A DNA stretch of 64,000 nucleotides, taken from positions 124,001 through 188,000 of the forward strand of contig NW_026925910.1 of NCBI RefSeq assembly GCF_032062105.1, given 5' to 3'. The DNA is from Saccostrea cucullata (taxonomy: Eukaryota). How positions within the stretch are numbered: position 1 is the first letter of the stretch; every line of letters begins with the position of its first letter. Shown piece after piece: positions 34,254 through 47,500 of the stretch. Below the pieces are notes generated by a model, which made no database searches, was not told the DNA's origin, and was given only the letters and a program-made list of their open reading frames with translations. Position numbers and translations under genes: made by a program.

Positions 34254-36210
34254 CTCTTGCCATGAAAAGAAAATTATAGACTGGTCTGCAGAATTGTTTA
34301 TGGAATATAGAAAATACTTACAGATATATGTGATGAGAATATACGACAGAGAGGCGGCATAAGACATGGAAAGCACGGCTCTTTGTACATACGTGTATGT
34401 TAGTGGCATTTACTATCTTGATTACCTCTAGTCCATGTATTATGAAAACCAAAGAGTCGTTCTCGTGAATATTGCAATTGTCAAAGTCTAAAAGAGTCTT
34501 TGCTTTTGACGGTACATAAAAGAAAAAGAAATTCAGAATTGGTTCAGGTTGATTTTTTTTCTTGAACCTCCACTTTCTTCTAAAGCTGGCCCACATGTAC
34601 GTCTGTCTATCACATTTATTCCTAAAACTACTCTTATTTTAAGTACTCCTTGTTTGGCATTTGATTGGTGATGCCTTCAACATGTGCAAAAAGTTTTTAA
34701 ATTTTCACTTTTAATCTTGGTGTCAAATGGGCTTAAAAAGAATGCTTTTCTACAAACACAATGGCTCCCTGAACTCCTTACATTTTTCACAGAAGCCAAA
34801 TCATATTTTGAAATGTGATGTAAAGTGTCCTGAAGCGTGCAACAATATTTTGGGATTTTGTTTGTACCCTAGGGGGTTAATTAAATGTCCTACAAAACCC
34901 TCTCCTGAACTCCACTTATTTTTTGGAGTAGTGATTCATATTTTTGACTGTGTAAATTGGCAGTATCTGTAAGTGTGCAATAAGGATTTGGAATTTCGAT
35001 TTTCATCACACCAGAAGGGTCCGGGGGGGGGGGGGGGGGTCAAAAAGGATCGTTTTTTATACAAAAACCTGGTTCCTTAAACTGCTCTTTCAATTTTGCA
35101 AGTTGTCTATTCATGATTTGGAATTAAGGTGATTCAAAGTCTTGTAGGATTTTGATATTAATATTCAAGGGACAGCCAATGGTCGAAAAAAAATGCTTTA
35201 AATTCCTTGAACTCTACTTACATTTTTCACAGTTTTGGAAGAAGTCCGAGTGTGTTCATTTAGGTTTCGGAATTCTGATTTTCATCCTGGGGCAACTTGG
35301 GTTGAAAGCCTCCCTTTTGTAAACTATATAATTTTTGTGACTTCTTAGTATTGTTATCAAAATAGGATTGTGAATACATTTAAAACGCCGAAATGTGGCT
35401 GGGTATTTCTGTTTTATGACTACAACTCTTTTAAGGGTCATTGATACTCTGATAAGAGAGATAACTCTTAATGACATAAATGTCTATTATTCCTTTATAG
35501 ATTTGCCAAGTTGAAGTGTCTTTTTTGTCCAATTTTGCCCCGCAAGCTATGCTATAATTGTCAGTATTTTGCTTGTATAATATATATATTTCTTTTGGAA
35601 AATCAGTAAGGTTCAAGCTGCATTTTTTTATATGAGTGAGCAGAGGGTTTATGAACCTTAAAACTATACAATGTCTCATTGATTCCATTTGTATTCTTAA
35701 GACAATCACATTTGTACTATTTTAAATAGGTACAAACAGATAGACAAACTAGACTTGAAATTATGTTTCTCCATTTTTTTTGGGTAAGAAATCTGGTTTC
35801 TTGCAACCGGCATCGAATATATGTGAAGCTAAAATTGTCTGAAGCTCTGTGAATAGATTAAACTAAGCTAATTATATACATGACTTTGTAATTAGACCTT
35901 GACTATATGAACATTTTATTAGTAACTTTAAATGACAAACTCCATAAATTACTTAATTATTTTACTAGATATGGCATTACATTGTGTAATAATTAAACGG
36001 CTTATCAGTCTCGCGTAAGAATGAAGTAAAATGATGTAAGGCGATTAATACTGCAAAGAATTTTTTTTAGAAGAAATAGAATGATTATTTAACCACAAAG
36101 TCAATAATATGTATTTTTAAAGAGAAACATTATTGAACGACAAAATCTTTGGAAACACTAATGAACACAGAACACTCTTCAAAATTTTTGTGGAATTACT
36201 AAAAAGTAAC

Positions 36211-39200
36211 ATGGGAGTTCCGCAAACATCCCGTAGTGCTTCAGACGTCGTACCTCGCAAAAAAACAAGTCGTGAGCTGGCGTATATAAGTGCACTGAAC
36301 ATTAACAAGTCCCATATCGGTAAGTACTCTGTCTCTTTTAGTTAATTAAACCATTTCATAGTACCATGGAATAAAAAAAAATACAATTAACGACTGTAAA
36401 ATCATATTGAAGCTTACATTTGTCAATTCCGTATCAATTTTTTTTCAAACACTACAAAAATCCCATCTTTTATTAGTACTTTCTCAATTAACGCTTAGGG
36501 ATATCCGATCTGTAGTCAGGCAGGATAACTCTTCATTTTATGATTTAATTCAAAAAGTATCAGAATGAAGCTTGAAATGGATATCTTTTCATGCAACAAC
36601 ATTCGTCTCAATGTTTTTAATTTAAGTTTTTAGAAACGGTCTTATAAAAGTTAATATTTGTACTCCATAAACATATTAGAAGAAATCAAATTTCCTATAA
36701 TCTAGCCGTAATATAAGTACCAAAATTTATTAGCTTGATATGAAATTAGAGGTGATTGAGGAGTTTTACAATGATAGAAAATGCTTTATATATACACTAA
36801 AGTAGGGAAAATGTAGAAGTCCTTGGTATACGTAAGTTATAAATTAAAATTAAATCCAAGATAAACAAACAAGTTCACGTTTAATTTTTACACTCTGTTG
36901 TATAAATCAAATGTAAACTTCGTTGTTTGTTTATCTTGGATTTAATTTTAATTTACACTAAATTATACATGTGTATGCATTTATAATTATTGAAGTAAAC
37001 AGAAGAAACTTATGTTCCATGCTTAAAAAAAATCATGATTTATTTTTTCAAAAGCTACCTATACTGTATAATTTTTATCCTAAAATGTATTTGTTGATCA
37101 ATTTGCAGTTGGAAAATGCAAAAAGTATGTGTTTTTATTTGCATTTCCTGAAAATTTATTGGAGATTTACTAATTTTCCCTATATAATATGATTAATTTT
37201 AAAAATGAAGTTCGAATTCATTACTTTGAGAATTCAGAGACATTTTTATGTGATTTTTTAAAAATTATTCACTGTCTGATTTTCAGAACCCGGGGATTGG
37301 ACTACCTTAATAAATTCAGTACAAGTTGTTCCTCCGTGTATTGGTTTAATATGATGATAAAAACTATGCACTCTAAAAATATATCAAATAAGCATATAAA
37401 TTAAAATTTTAAAAAGTTAATTATATATATAGTACTCAAACGAATTTGAAGAAATCTAGTTTTCTAGCTCTCTTTTGTAGGTGAAATCGTGTCTGGGCGG
37501 AATATAACAGAAACTAAGCTACTGGAAACCCGACTGGAACTTCTAGAAAAAGACAAACGAGTTTTGGAAAGGGAACACTTTTGGAAGCAGAGACAATTCT
37601 TCATAGACAAAGTGTTTGACAAGGATCGCCGTCTAAAGTGAGTGACAATAGATCCTTTACTGTGCCTTAATCGGCAATATATCAACTAGATTTATGTTTA
37701 TATAAATAACTTGAATAGTATTATTTTCCCCATTAAATAAAGAAATGTTGTAAGATTTAGTAACAATAAAATAACGTGTACAATAGAACGCAAAGAGTGA
37801 TATACAAAAATCTGGTATCCCCTACTGAATCCCTTTATGCAGGTGTTCCACAAGGCTCTGTATTAGGTCCTTTGTTATTTTTAATTTATGTGAATGATAT
37901 AGCTGATAAGATGTCAAGCTTCTGTAGACTTTTTGCTGACGATAACAGTTTGCAGTATGCATTTAAATGTGTCAAATCTATAGAAAGTCATCTGAATGAT
38001 GATCTTTTATCTCTTGAAGAGTGGTCTAAAAAATGGCAGCTCGGATTGTTACTGGACTAACTATGATTGCCTCTAGAGACTCTTTGAATTTTGAAACAGG
38101 CTGGGAACCACTCAGCGACAGACGCATGATCCAAAGATTAAATACCATGTACAAAATTCACAATGATCTAGTACCAGATTACCTATCTGAGATTATACCA
38201 GATATGCAATGTAATGCTTCTGCATATACAACAAGAAACTCACAAAATTATAGTATACCCATATGTAAATTGCAAACTTGCAAATCATCATTTGTACCAA
38301 CTGTAATAAATGAGTGGAATTCCTTACCGCTAAAACCCCTGTCACACCAGGGCTGCGTCCTCACGGCGACTGCACGACGTCCTGAAAAAATGCAAAACGC
38401 CGAGGTGATCGCAGTAGAGTCTCCTACAGCGCCGTGACAACGCGGCGAGATCTCCACTGAACGCCGTAGGGTCGCATAGGGTCTCCTAGAACGCCAGTGG
38501 ACGGCGATCACTTTGGGCATGCACAAAGTACGCGCCGTGTGATCGCGGTCTGATAAGAACGCAGTAGAAACGTAGTATGATCGCCGTAGCAGCGCGGTGA
38601 GATCTCCAACAACGTAGTGGGAGCTCCGTACGAACGCCGTGAAGACGCACATGATCGCGGCACGAACGCAGTGATAGTAAACTGCGCTTCCACGGAGACC
38701 TCACGGAGTTGTCGCGGAGTCCTTGGAGATGTCACTGCGTTTCTAACTCGTTCTTACGGCGCTTCTAATGAGATTTATCGTCTTGTGAATTTTTCGACGG
38801 CGACTACACGGCGACAGCACGGAGTTGTCACTGAGATCATTGCGCGCCCATGGCGTCTCCACAGCGTCCGTTTGCGATCACAATGCGCTTTCACGGCGTT
38901 GTTAGAGCGCTGTCAGCCAACTCACAAAAACAAAAGCAATGGGATCATATTTGATCAACAATAATTCAAACGTATTTGTTGCACTGGGAGCATTAATTTT
39001 TTAAGGATAAATAACACAAACAAACTTTTTTCAGAAATCAGCATTATTTCTCATAGATTTACATTTAAATTGACAACCTGAATAATGTTTACCAAGTAGA
39101 ATGGGAGAATTTTTTAAGATTTTGTCATAAAGTTAAAAAATCGTGCAAAATTTTGTATGGAATTATATAGAAGGCAAAATAAAATCTCAAATCTAAGCAC

Positions 39201-41540
39201 CAAGGAAAACCTACGATTTCTTTATATTTCAGGGATTTATTATTTATATCAATACAAATCAAAATCAGTCAAAAAATATATATCAACCCGCGCATGCATT
39301 TTTTGTTTGTGGTAAGTACCCTTAAGTGAAAAAAATGGAAGATAGAATTACACCAGAACTTGTTCTGTTGTTTCAATTAAATTTTGTAGAAAACTTTTCA
39401 GTGTGTTTATTCATTTATTTATTTTTTTTTTTACATTCACAATAAAATCAAAGAAAATCTAACAACGCATCTGAACCGATAAAATTGAAAAAAAAAGCAG
39501 TTTAATCATTAAATTAAATTATTAAAATAGAACATTTTTTGATTATTAAGAATATTTATTAGAAGTCTTTTCATCGTGTAACTTGAGTCTTTAAACAAAA
39601 ATGTTTTACATTCCTTCTGAATATATATCAATGAATATAGAACGCATTGTGAACGTATTGTGAACGCAACCAGCGCAGTGAGAACGCCGTGAACACGAGG
39701 TGAAAACTCCTAACGCGCCGTGAAAACTCCGCGGAAGCGCAGTCAATCGCCGAGAGATTTCCATGGAAACGCAGTAGAACGCCGTGAGATCGCCGTAGAA
39801 TCGCGTCCGTCGCCGTAGGGACGCCGTGACACCTTCATATTGTGAAAATTTTACATAAATTTGTGCAATTTCCCTGCGATTCCACGGCGATTATAAAAAT
39901 TTAACAACGCCGTAATGACTCCGTGTGAACGCAGCTTGGTGTGACAGGGCCTTAAATACCAGACTTTCGAGCTCTTTGTCTACTTTCAAAAGTAAAATTA
40001 AACAAAAAATAACAGAAGCTCCGCCTTATTTCAATTTCGGTAAAAGACGCAACAATATACTGCATACACGGCTTAGGCACAACTGCTGATCTTTATAGAT
40101 GTAATATAATATCTAGTCCACTATGCTCCTGATACACATCAATTTTTTTTTCTCCTGACCAACTACAACGAGGCCAGGAAAGAGTTTTTCGATAAGTTCT
40201 TGAGATTTAATAAAGTCCATATTGTTGACATTCAGACTTTACTCTGGGGGGATACATCACTAAGTATTGCTGAAAATGAATATCTATTTTCTATTGTACA
40301 TTCTTATATTCAGCATTCTGGTAGATTTAACTGATTGTACTCATTTTTTAAAATTATTTGTATAAACAGTAGCAGTATATATATGTCCACAATGAGAGTT
40401 TATTTGATTTACTTGTAATCTATTTTGTACAAACTGTTGAACACTTCTAATTCATCCTGTTATAATATCTCATGTAGGGAGAGGGCGATTTAAGTTTTTA
40501 GAACTTGTGCCCAATCCCATTGTATATATTTAGTACAATAAAATATGTTCAAATCAACGTGCACAATTTGTTAAGGTAGAGAATTCTATTTTTCTGAAGA
40601 TTACAGAGAATTGTTACTTAATTTGATATCTTCTTTTTTTGACTTAGGTATGCCGGTATTGCCAATAAGATTTCCGAGGAAAAGAAGAAACACGTGAAAA
40701 GCATTGAATCGTCCAAAACACCTGCTAAACTTCCTAGCATTTCTAAGTCTGCAAAATATGACGTAAGATTTTACTTCATGTAATTTTTTTTCACACAATT
40801 GACATACAGATTATGTATCGCACGATTTATCTTTTGCATTTTTTAATTAGGTTTCACTAACTAAGCATTTCTTTCCGGGAAAAATTGATCACAGAAAGAG
40901 CGTTAATTACAAACTGGTACAACATGGACAAGAGAAGCTAATGGCTGCCGTGAGAGCATTTCAAGCTGCACTAGAAATTCGAAAACGTTATTTGGAGAGA
41001 AAGAGAAATGAAGGTCTTGAGGAAGAACAGAATAGTGAATTGGTAGATGAAGGTGACGAAGGCAAGAGTAACAGTGAAGGCGGTACTGATGATTCCAATG
41101 ACAAGTCCATCTCCGAAATTCAAAAAAGCAAGTTCATTAAATACGTTGTGAAAAATTGGAGAAACTATAAAAAATCAGAAACACACCCGACGCCAACAAA
41201 CAGTAGCTCAAAAGAAAAGACAATAAAACAAGTAAGAAATCGCAAAATGTCCCAAGATGGAGAGATGCTTGGCAACCGGACACGTGACCGTCGACGTCAC
41301 TCCTTGGTGAGGACTGATGAGGACAAATTGCTACTTAAACTGGCCATGACTCTCCCTCCAAACGTTATGTCGGAGGCTAACGACAAGTTATCAGACCTGA
41401 GCTCTGTGTTGGGGTTCTCCTCACGCAATGAGAGACTCCGCCAGCAGGCGGCGAGTGTCCTACACCGACCCGTCCTCACCGACCAAAGATTTGTCAACCT
41501 CCAGAAAACGTTAATTAGGTCATCAACAACTCACTACTGA
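36211..41540 (+). CDS. Uncharacterised charged/coiled-coil protein, 356 aa, 4 exons
   Basis: Exons 36211-36319, 37481-37637, 40648-40762 and 40851-41540 join in frame (1071 nt) with GT-AG borders. AATAAA at 41559 and 41858. Motifs RNITETKLLETRLELLEK and LTDQRFVNLQKTL. Confidence 0.75.
36840..36955. repeat. AT-rich inverted repeat (33-bp perfect outer arms)
   Basis: TAAATTAAAATTAAATCCAAGATAAACAAACAA / TTGTTTGTTTATCTTGGATTTAATTTTAATTTA. Confidence 0.85.
37775..40557 (+). mobile_element. Internally deleted CR1/L2-group LINE remnant in intron 2 of the 356-aa gene, split by a DNA transposon
   Basis: AGVPQGSVLGP, LFADD, AARIVTG, ETGWEPL, WNSLP|LNTR...ILHTRLRHNC. 3' end AATAAAATATGTTCAAATCAA. Confidence 0.85.
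38334..39952. mobile_element. Non-autonomous PIF/Harbinger-like DNA transposon
   Basis: TIR A..CCCTGTCACACCA, TAA target-site duplication and GC-rich subterminal repeats (AACGCCGT/AACGCAGT). Excision restores the host LINE frame. Confidence 0.85.
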
Positions 41541-41944
41541 TGTTTGAATGGCGATGGAAATAAAACTTAATGATATAAGTTTTGCCCTCATTTACCCATA
41601 ATATCTGAAGTTTTCAAATAAGAATAATAATCGTTTTAACTGATAAAGTATGAATGTAGGAAGTACATGTATTAACATCGTGTTGTTTTGTTTTATAGAA
41701 ATGTTTATTAGTACAAAGTTCATAAAACTGTCAGTTTACAATGCACTTTTGGTACTGAATGAATACATTTTAAACTTAAATTCAAGACAATACAAAACTA
41801 AGAGCCAACGCATGCAAACCAAAGAGGATATGTATGCATGTTGATGATATGCAAATCAATAAAAACTTTAATTGTGCCAAATATTTGTCTTTAACTTGTT
41901 CATGTTGTTTCTAAAGTCATTTAAGCTACCCTTTTGTAAATAAT

Positions 41945-43010
41945 GTTAATCTAACAACCGAGCTTTATGATAAACGTGATGACTAACTTTTCAATCGTCA
42001 ACTTCCCTTACTTATGCAGCAATGTACCTCTAACACCTGCATACGGGGTTTATTTCTATTAGTTGATTCGATACGCAAGACCATGCTCTACACCAGTCCG
42101 AAATATCTTACGTTTCCCAGGCTTTTTTACGATTTGGATATTTTTAACGTGCCAGGAAAACGTCAGAACCGGTTCCATTGCAAAAACTGTGGAAATTTCG
42201 CCATCTCAAACCAGAGTTGATTTTCAATACTTTCAAACCGAACTAAATGTCGAAATAAGATTTTATCCAAAGCACATTTCTTCTGGTATTCACCAATATT
42301 GATGAAAAGAAAATAAGACTCCAAATTTCGATGCAGGTCTTGCAAGATTTAAAAATGCAAGAAATGAAAGCAGATCTGGACAGTCTGGGAAAATGTTTTA
42401 ACAGATTGTTTATTTTTTAAATGATTGATAATAATGACGTTGGTAAGTACCAAAAGTATTGTTTATTGTTTCATTGATGAGTTGTGAATTTGACATTTGA
42501 TTCGATTCGCAAGTCTCGAAAATCGACTCGAGAATGCCGCTTCAGGTTGAGGGCGGCGATTTCCCAGTTTTTGTAATGGCGCCGGTTCTGACGTTTTCCT
42601 GGCACGTAAAATATCAAAATCGTAAAAAAAGCGTGGAAAACGTAAAACATTTCGGACTAGCTCTTCGTTTGAAAGAAATTAATTTTTGACAAAGAAGTTG
42701 ATGAAACAAAAATATCAGCTGTATCGTTTAAGTCATCATTTTGTGGATACAATGACCTTATCAGCAAATGCTGATTTTCATACTAATTGTTAGGCCATAA
42801 TTTTTACACTGAATTGTCGACGGATTTTTCCATTTTTCCCGATTATTACAAGGAGCGCATGGCGGGTTGACCGGTCGGCAGGGGATGTTAACTCCTGAAT
42901 GGCACCTGAGTCCACCTCTAGATCTGATGTTTTGAAGGTCCGTGTTTGCTCTGTCCAAATTTTATATTGATTAATGGACTTAAATTGAGCTTGAATACTG
43001 TTTGTTTTCT
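41945..43010 (+). mobile_element. Penelope-like (possibly Naiad-type) retroelement fragment interrupted by a MITE
   Basis: Decayed translation LYDKRDD.NFSIVNFPYLCSNVPLTPAYGVY..LIRYARPCS, a PLE RT C-terminal signature. 3' motif GGCGGGTTGACCGGTCGGCAGGGGATG. Confidence 0.65.
42093..42660. mobile_element. MITE with ~110-120-bp imperfect TIRs
   Basis: C(C/T)AGTCCGAAAT...ACGTGCCAGGAAAACGTCAGAACCGG is mirrored at the right end. TSD not clean. Confidence 0.8.
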
Positions 43011-44556
43011 CCATATATTTTATTAATATCCTTTTTTATTTCATCAACATCTATGGACATTTGTTTTGCTCTGATAAGCATAATACAAGTAGACTACCTA
43101 TACAATAAGGCATATCTAAATTTAAATATGTCATTTTAAAATTGATAATCAGAATACTGACATTTAATCTAGGTTAAAACATATGACATATACATCCTAT
43201 AACTTAAAGGTTTTTGAAATAATTAAATCATACATCAATTTCAATGGTCGTTCAAATGGAAGAGGAAATTTTACATGCATTCAATATTTTCGAGGAATAT
43301 AGAATAACACCACAATATTGACCTACAAAAGAAATACGTGATTGAAGGGAAAGGAAGTGAAGTTTTTGAGTGATTAACCTCGATAAGAATTCCCCCGAGA
43401 TGTCGCCACTTGTTCACCTTTCGTGCAAGATTTAAAATTTACACCTTATCAATTATCATAAGTACTGAGATGACAAAGAGTGAGAGGTCTCAGTCAATCA
43501 CATGTCTATTAATTGATAAATAAATTATACTGTCATTTCATTAATATATAATAAGTATCGCATGTTTGAAAGAATTCAATAAATATGAAATGTGCATTTT
43601 CCCTGTTCAATTTTAAATCCTTCTATAAATTAATTTAAAAATATCGATGCTATGCCGAGAAAAAAAATCGATCTTAAATTCTGATCAAATCCCTAAGCAT
43701 CGCAAAGACGAAGCAAAGGTTCAGGAAATCTCAGAATTTTTAAACTTGAGATTCTTTAAATTAAAGAACACTCTATGTACACTTCACACTCTTAAAACAA
43801 AGGGATCTTCAAAGACCCTCTGGTCACAAAAATGGATTTTCCCCAGAAATTATTTAAAATTTGTCAAAAAAGAAAATCAAAATTAAATGTAAGTTAATTT
43901 AGAAACCCACATATTTCGAGAAAAAAAATCATTGTCGAAGATGAAAATAGCAGTGTAGATTTCAATATTAATTTGACTTTAGATCACTCTAACTGGACAA
44001 AAATGCAAAGGGAATTGGAACTCTCTAGTGTGTATGATATACATGTACTAGTACGTAGAAGGTCATAATTAAAAAGTCAAGCCGTCAATAAATAAAATCA
44101 CAGAACCGCAATTTTTCCCCTTCATTTTATTATTAATAAACCAAAACCCAGTTACAAAAAAAGCCAAGAAATCTGAACAGACAAAAAATTAATGAAATCT
44201 TTGTCCATTTAAGCTTAATTAAGGAATGTGCATGTACTACTGTCGATGCACTATATTTCAATGATATCATTATCAAAGAATTAAAAGCAAAAATGGATTT
44301 TCATTAGCATTGTTAAGCATATTGATGAAAGCACTCATAGGACCCAAAGAATATCTTTGAAAGACAATGTCAATTAATATTTGCAATGTTTCTAATTAAC
44401 ATAAATTTCGTGCATCTAATAACTTTTTTCATACTTTCCCTATACCGGCCTCCCTCTCGTGTCGTACATAAATTAATCACAGAGAAAAAACAAGATATTT
44501 AACAGAATAACAAAATCTCAGATGCGCATTTGTTTATTTTGTGTTGAGCATTTGCC

Positions 44557-47500
44557 ATGGAGGGACATAAATTAGTTGCACTACTTTTCCTTATCTGTGT
44601 GGATCTTCATTATTCCTTGACCCAGGACACACAACTTCTGGGACCCGCTAACCTTGATAGTAAGTAATCCATGGCAAACATATCCCCCCTGCTGAAGCAA
44701 GTGTTATGTAGATTAATAATTTAATTGGAGCTTAATATATGTATCAATATTGAGGTAAGTATGCATGCTATTGTTTTTTCTGGAAAAAAATCCAAATGAT
44801 CAACAACTGAATTAAAAATTCTTTAACGAAAAATTAAGGACTCTGTAGGATGTCACACAAGTATACTGTAGATTTTTTTTAAACACTCAAATGATTTATC
44901 AAGTATTTATTATCTTCATGTATCACAGTTACAGAATGAAAAGCAAAGGTTTTCCCGAATTAATTATTCAAATTCTGCAGATTACATAATGACACTAAGT
45001 GGGCGATGACAAATAAATGAAATAATTAAAAGGTTTTAAAATCTTGCTTCATTAATACGAAGGTCGACAAAGAAAGCAGTTTATTTGTAATGAAATTTCT
45101 CCAATAAAACCCCACAAACATTCCACATACAAGTAAAGTTTCAATGTCCCTTGTTCACACGAAACATAGTCTCTAGAAACACCATGTTGTAAAAACTAAT
45201 TGCTTGATTACATTTTAAATCGTTGCTTACACAAGAGAGTTTAAACAAAATGCAAAACTTAATGAGCTGTATGTAGTAACAATGTTACATCACATTAGAT
45301 AATTGTCGGGCGTTAAATGTCCACAAATATTTTGCTGACCAGACTTTCTGGAAGAAGTACATGTATATGGAGAAAACGAACGTTATTAAAGTTAAAAAGT
45401 CTATCCAAACAATACAAATCAGGAGCAGAGCAAACACGGGTCTCTAAAACATCAGAGGTGGGATCAGGTGTCATGGAGGAGTGAGCATCCCTTGCTAGTC
45501 ACTAGTCACACCTTGTTTGTACTCATTGTTATGATCAAGAAAAACGGTCGACAACTCAGTGAAAATTAAATAATGAACATCAACCTGTGTGAAAAACATC
45601 AGTCAGCATTTCACTCAGGGAAAGGTTGTATTCGCTGACAAGGTCATCGTATCGCCTAGCTGCAGAACTGTAGCTCTCAGAAAAAATATATATTGATAGA
45701 CTAGAGAGCTACAGTGCCACCCATTGAAAAAACTGTATATCTATTGCGCTCAAAAAAGTGCGCTGTTTCTGGATTAATTGTTCAAAATTCTTACCTCAAT
45801 TGCAAAAAAAGCTAGATTTCAATAAATTCCTTACTCCTCTATCAATTACTTTTGTAGTTTACATCTGTACGAAGCGCGTTGGACCGAATAATCTTGCAAA
45901 CCAAAATGGCAGTATAGATAGGCGAAATTTTCGATGATCTCAATTTACGGACCAGGAGGGCTATTAAAAACAATTATAAGGAATGTTTTGTTGTGGAAAC
46001 AGTGAAAGATTATGTTAGGAACACACGGTTAGTAATATTTTGAAATGACGGTTTTAAATACATAGAGAAATAAATCGAAAAGCAGCGCACTTTTTTGTGC
46101 GCAATAAATATACAATTTTTCCATGGGTGGCACTGTAGCTCTCCAGTCTATCAATATATATTTTTCGGAGAGCTACAGTTCTGCAGCTACGTATCGCCGC
46201 AAAAAAAATGACTTCAAACTAGACTGTTGATATCCATGTTTCCTCAACTTGTTTGTCAATAGCTTGTCTCGTTTTAGAAATTATCCATACATCCTCGAAT
46301 CACCCGAGACACTTAAGCCCCATAAACAGGTGATAAGGGTATACATGTATTGCTAAATAACTGAGGGGGATTTTCTTACTATTGAAAAGTTGAAGTTAAG
46401 ACATTTATCATAAAGCTTGATTGTTTTAAAGTTACCACTATAGTCTTTTTTAACAGACTCTGTGGTATCTTATATTTCGTGCTCAATGGGATATATCGAG
46501 TCGACATACGAGTAGAAGTAACTATTGTTGATATGATGATACACTGTACATCGTCGATACCATGTATATCTAAATGTCGAGTTGAAGGCCACGACTTGTG
46601 TTTTCTTGTTAAGATGTTTTTGAATAAATTTTGCTTCATAGGACTACAAAATATACGTCTGCTTTTTGAGCAGGAGAGTAAAAATTTCTTTAAAACAACA
46701 AATTGCTTAATATTTTCAATGATATTCACGTACAGTTTCATATAATTTAATCTACTTGTATTTCATATACTTTTTAAAAATATATATCTATGACAAAGTA
46801 ATGTGTAAAAAAGCTTAAAATACTGCCTATGATTCACTTAAATCGAAACGATATCAAATTGTACAGTATAATACAAATGAATTGAATACATTTTTAGTTT
46901 AGATACAGGCACTTGTCTTTGGAATAAAGTTATTGATTTGAGCACCAGATAATACATTAAAGTAATGAATTAATCATTTATATCTACATCTAATGAAAGC
47001 TAACAACTTTTTAAATGATTGAATTTTGAAAAAAAGTGTATGGGAAAATGAATTATAAAAGGTTGATAGGCGCAATTAATCGAAGACAAAATGGCATAAA
47101 ATTTATGACTTAGCATGTAAATATATAGGTGATTAAGACAGTTTTTTTGTAATCAAATCCTTAATTGAATCTTATCTATCTTTGCTAGATAAAATGATTT
47201 TTGTGTGTTTATATGATTTCAAAATTCTTGATATATGTTTCCTAAATATAAAATTTCGTCAAAAATAATGCTAACAATATAACAAAACTGAACCTAAATG
47301 TAAATCGTAAACAAATTAAAACAGTTTTTTTTCATTAATCAAAGAAAAAAATATGCAGAGATATATATTCTTATAGTGTTGCCAATGGCTAGTTTACTCA
47401 GTCCCCCTAAAATAAACATAGATAAATCACGAATGGACCGTGGTAAACAGACATTTATTCATTTTGACTGGCTTTAGCTTTAAACAGAGAAGTTCGGAGA

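Noticed and set aside
38248-38964. Several overlapping 70-134-aa ORFs suggesting a gene
   Set aside because: They lie in the GC-rich subterminal repeats of the Harbinger-like element and have no recognisable domains.
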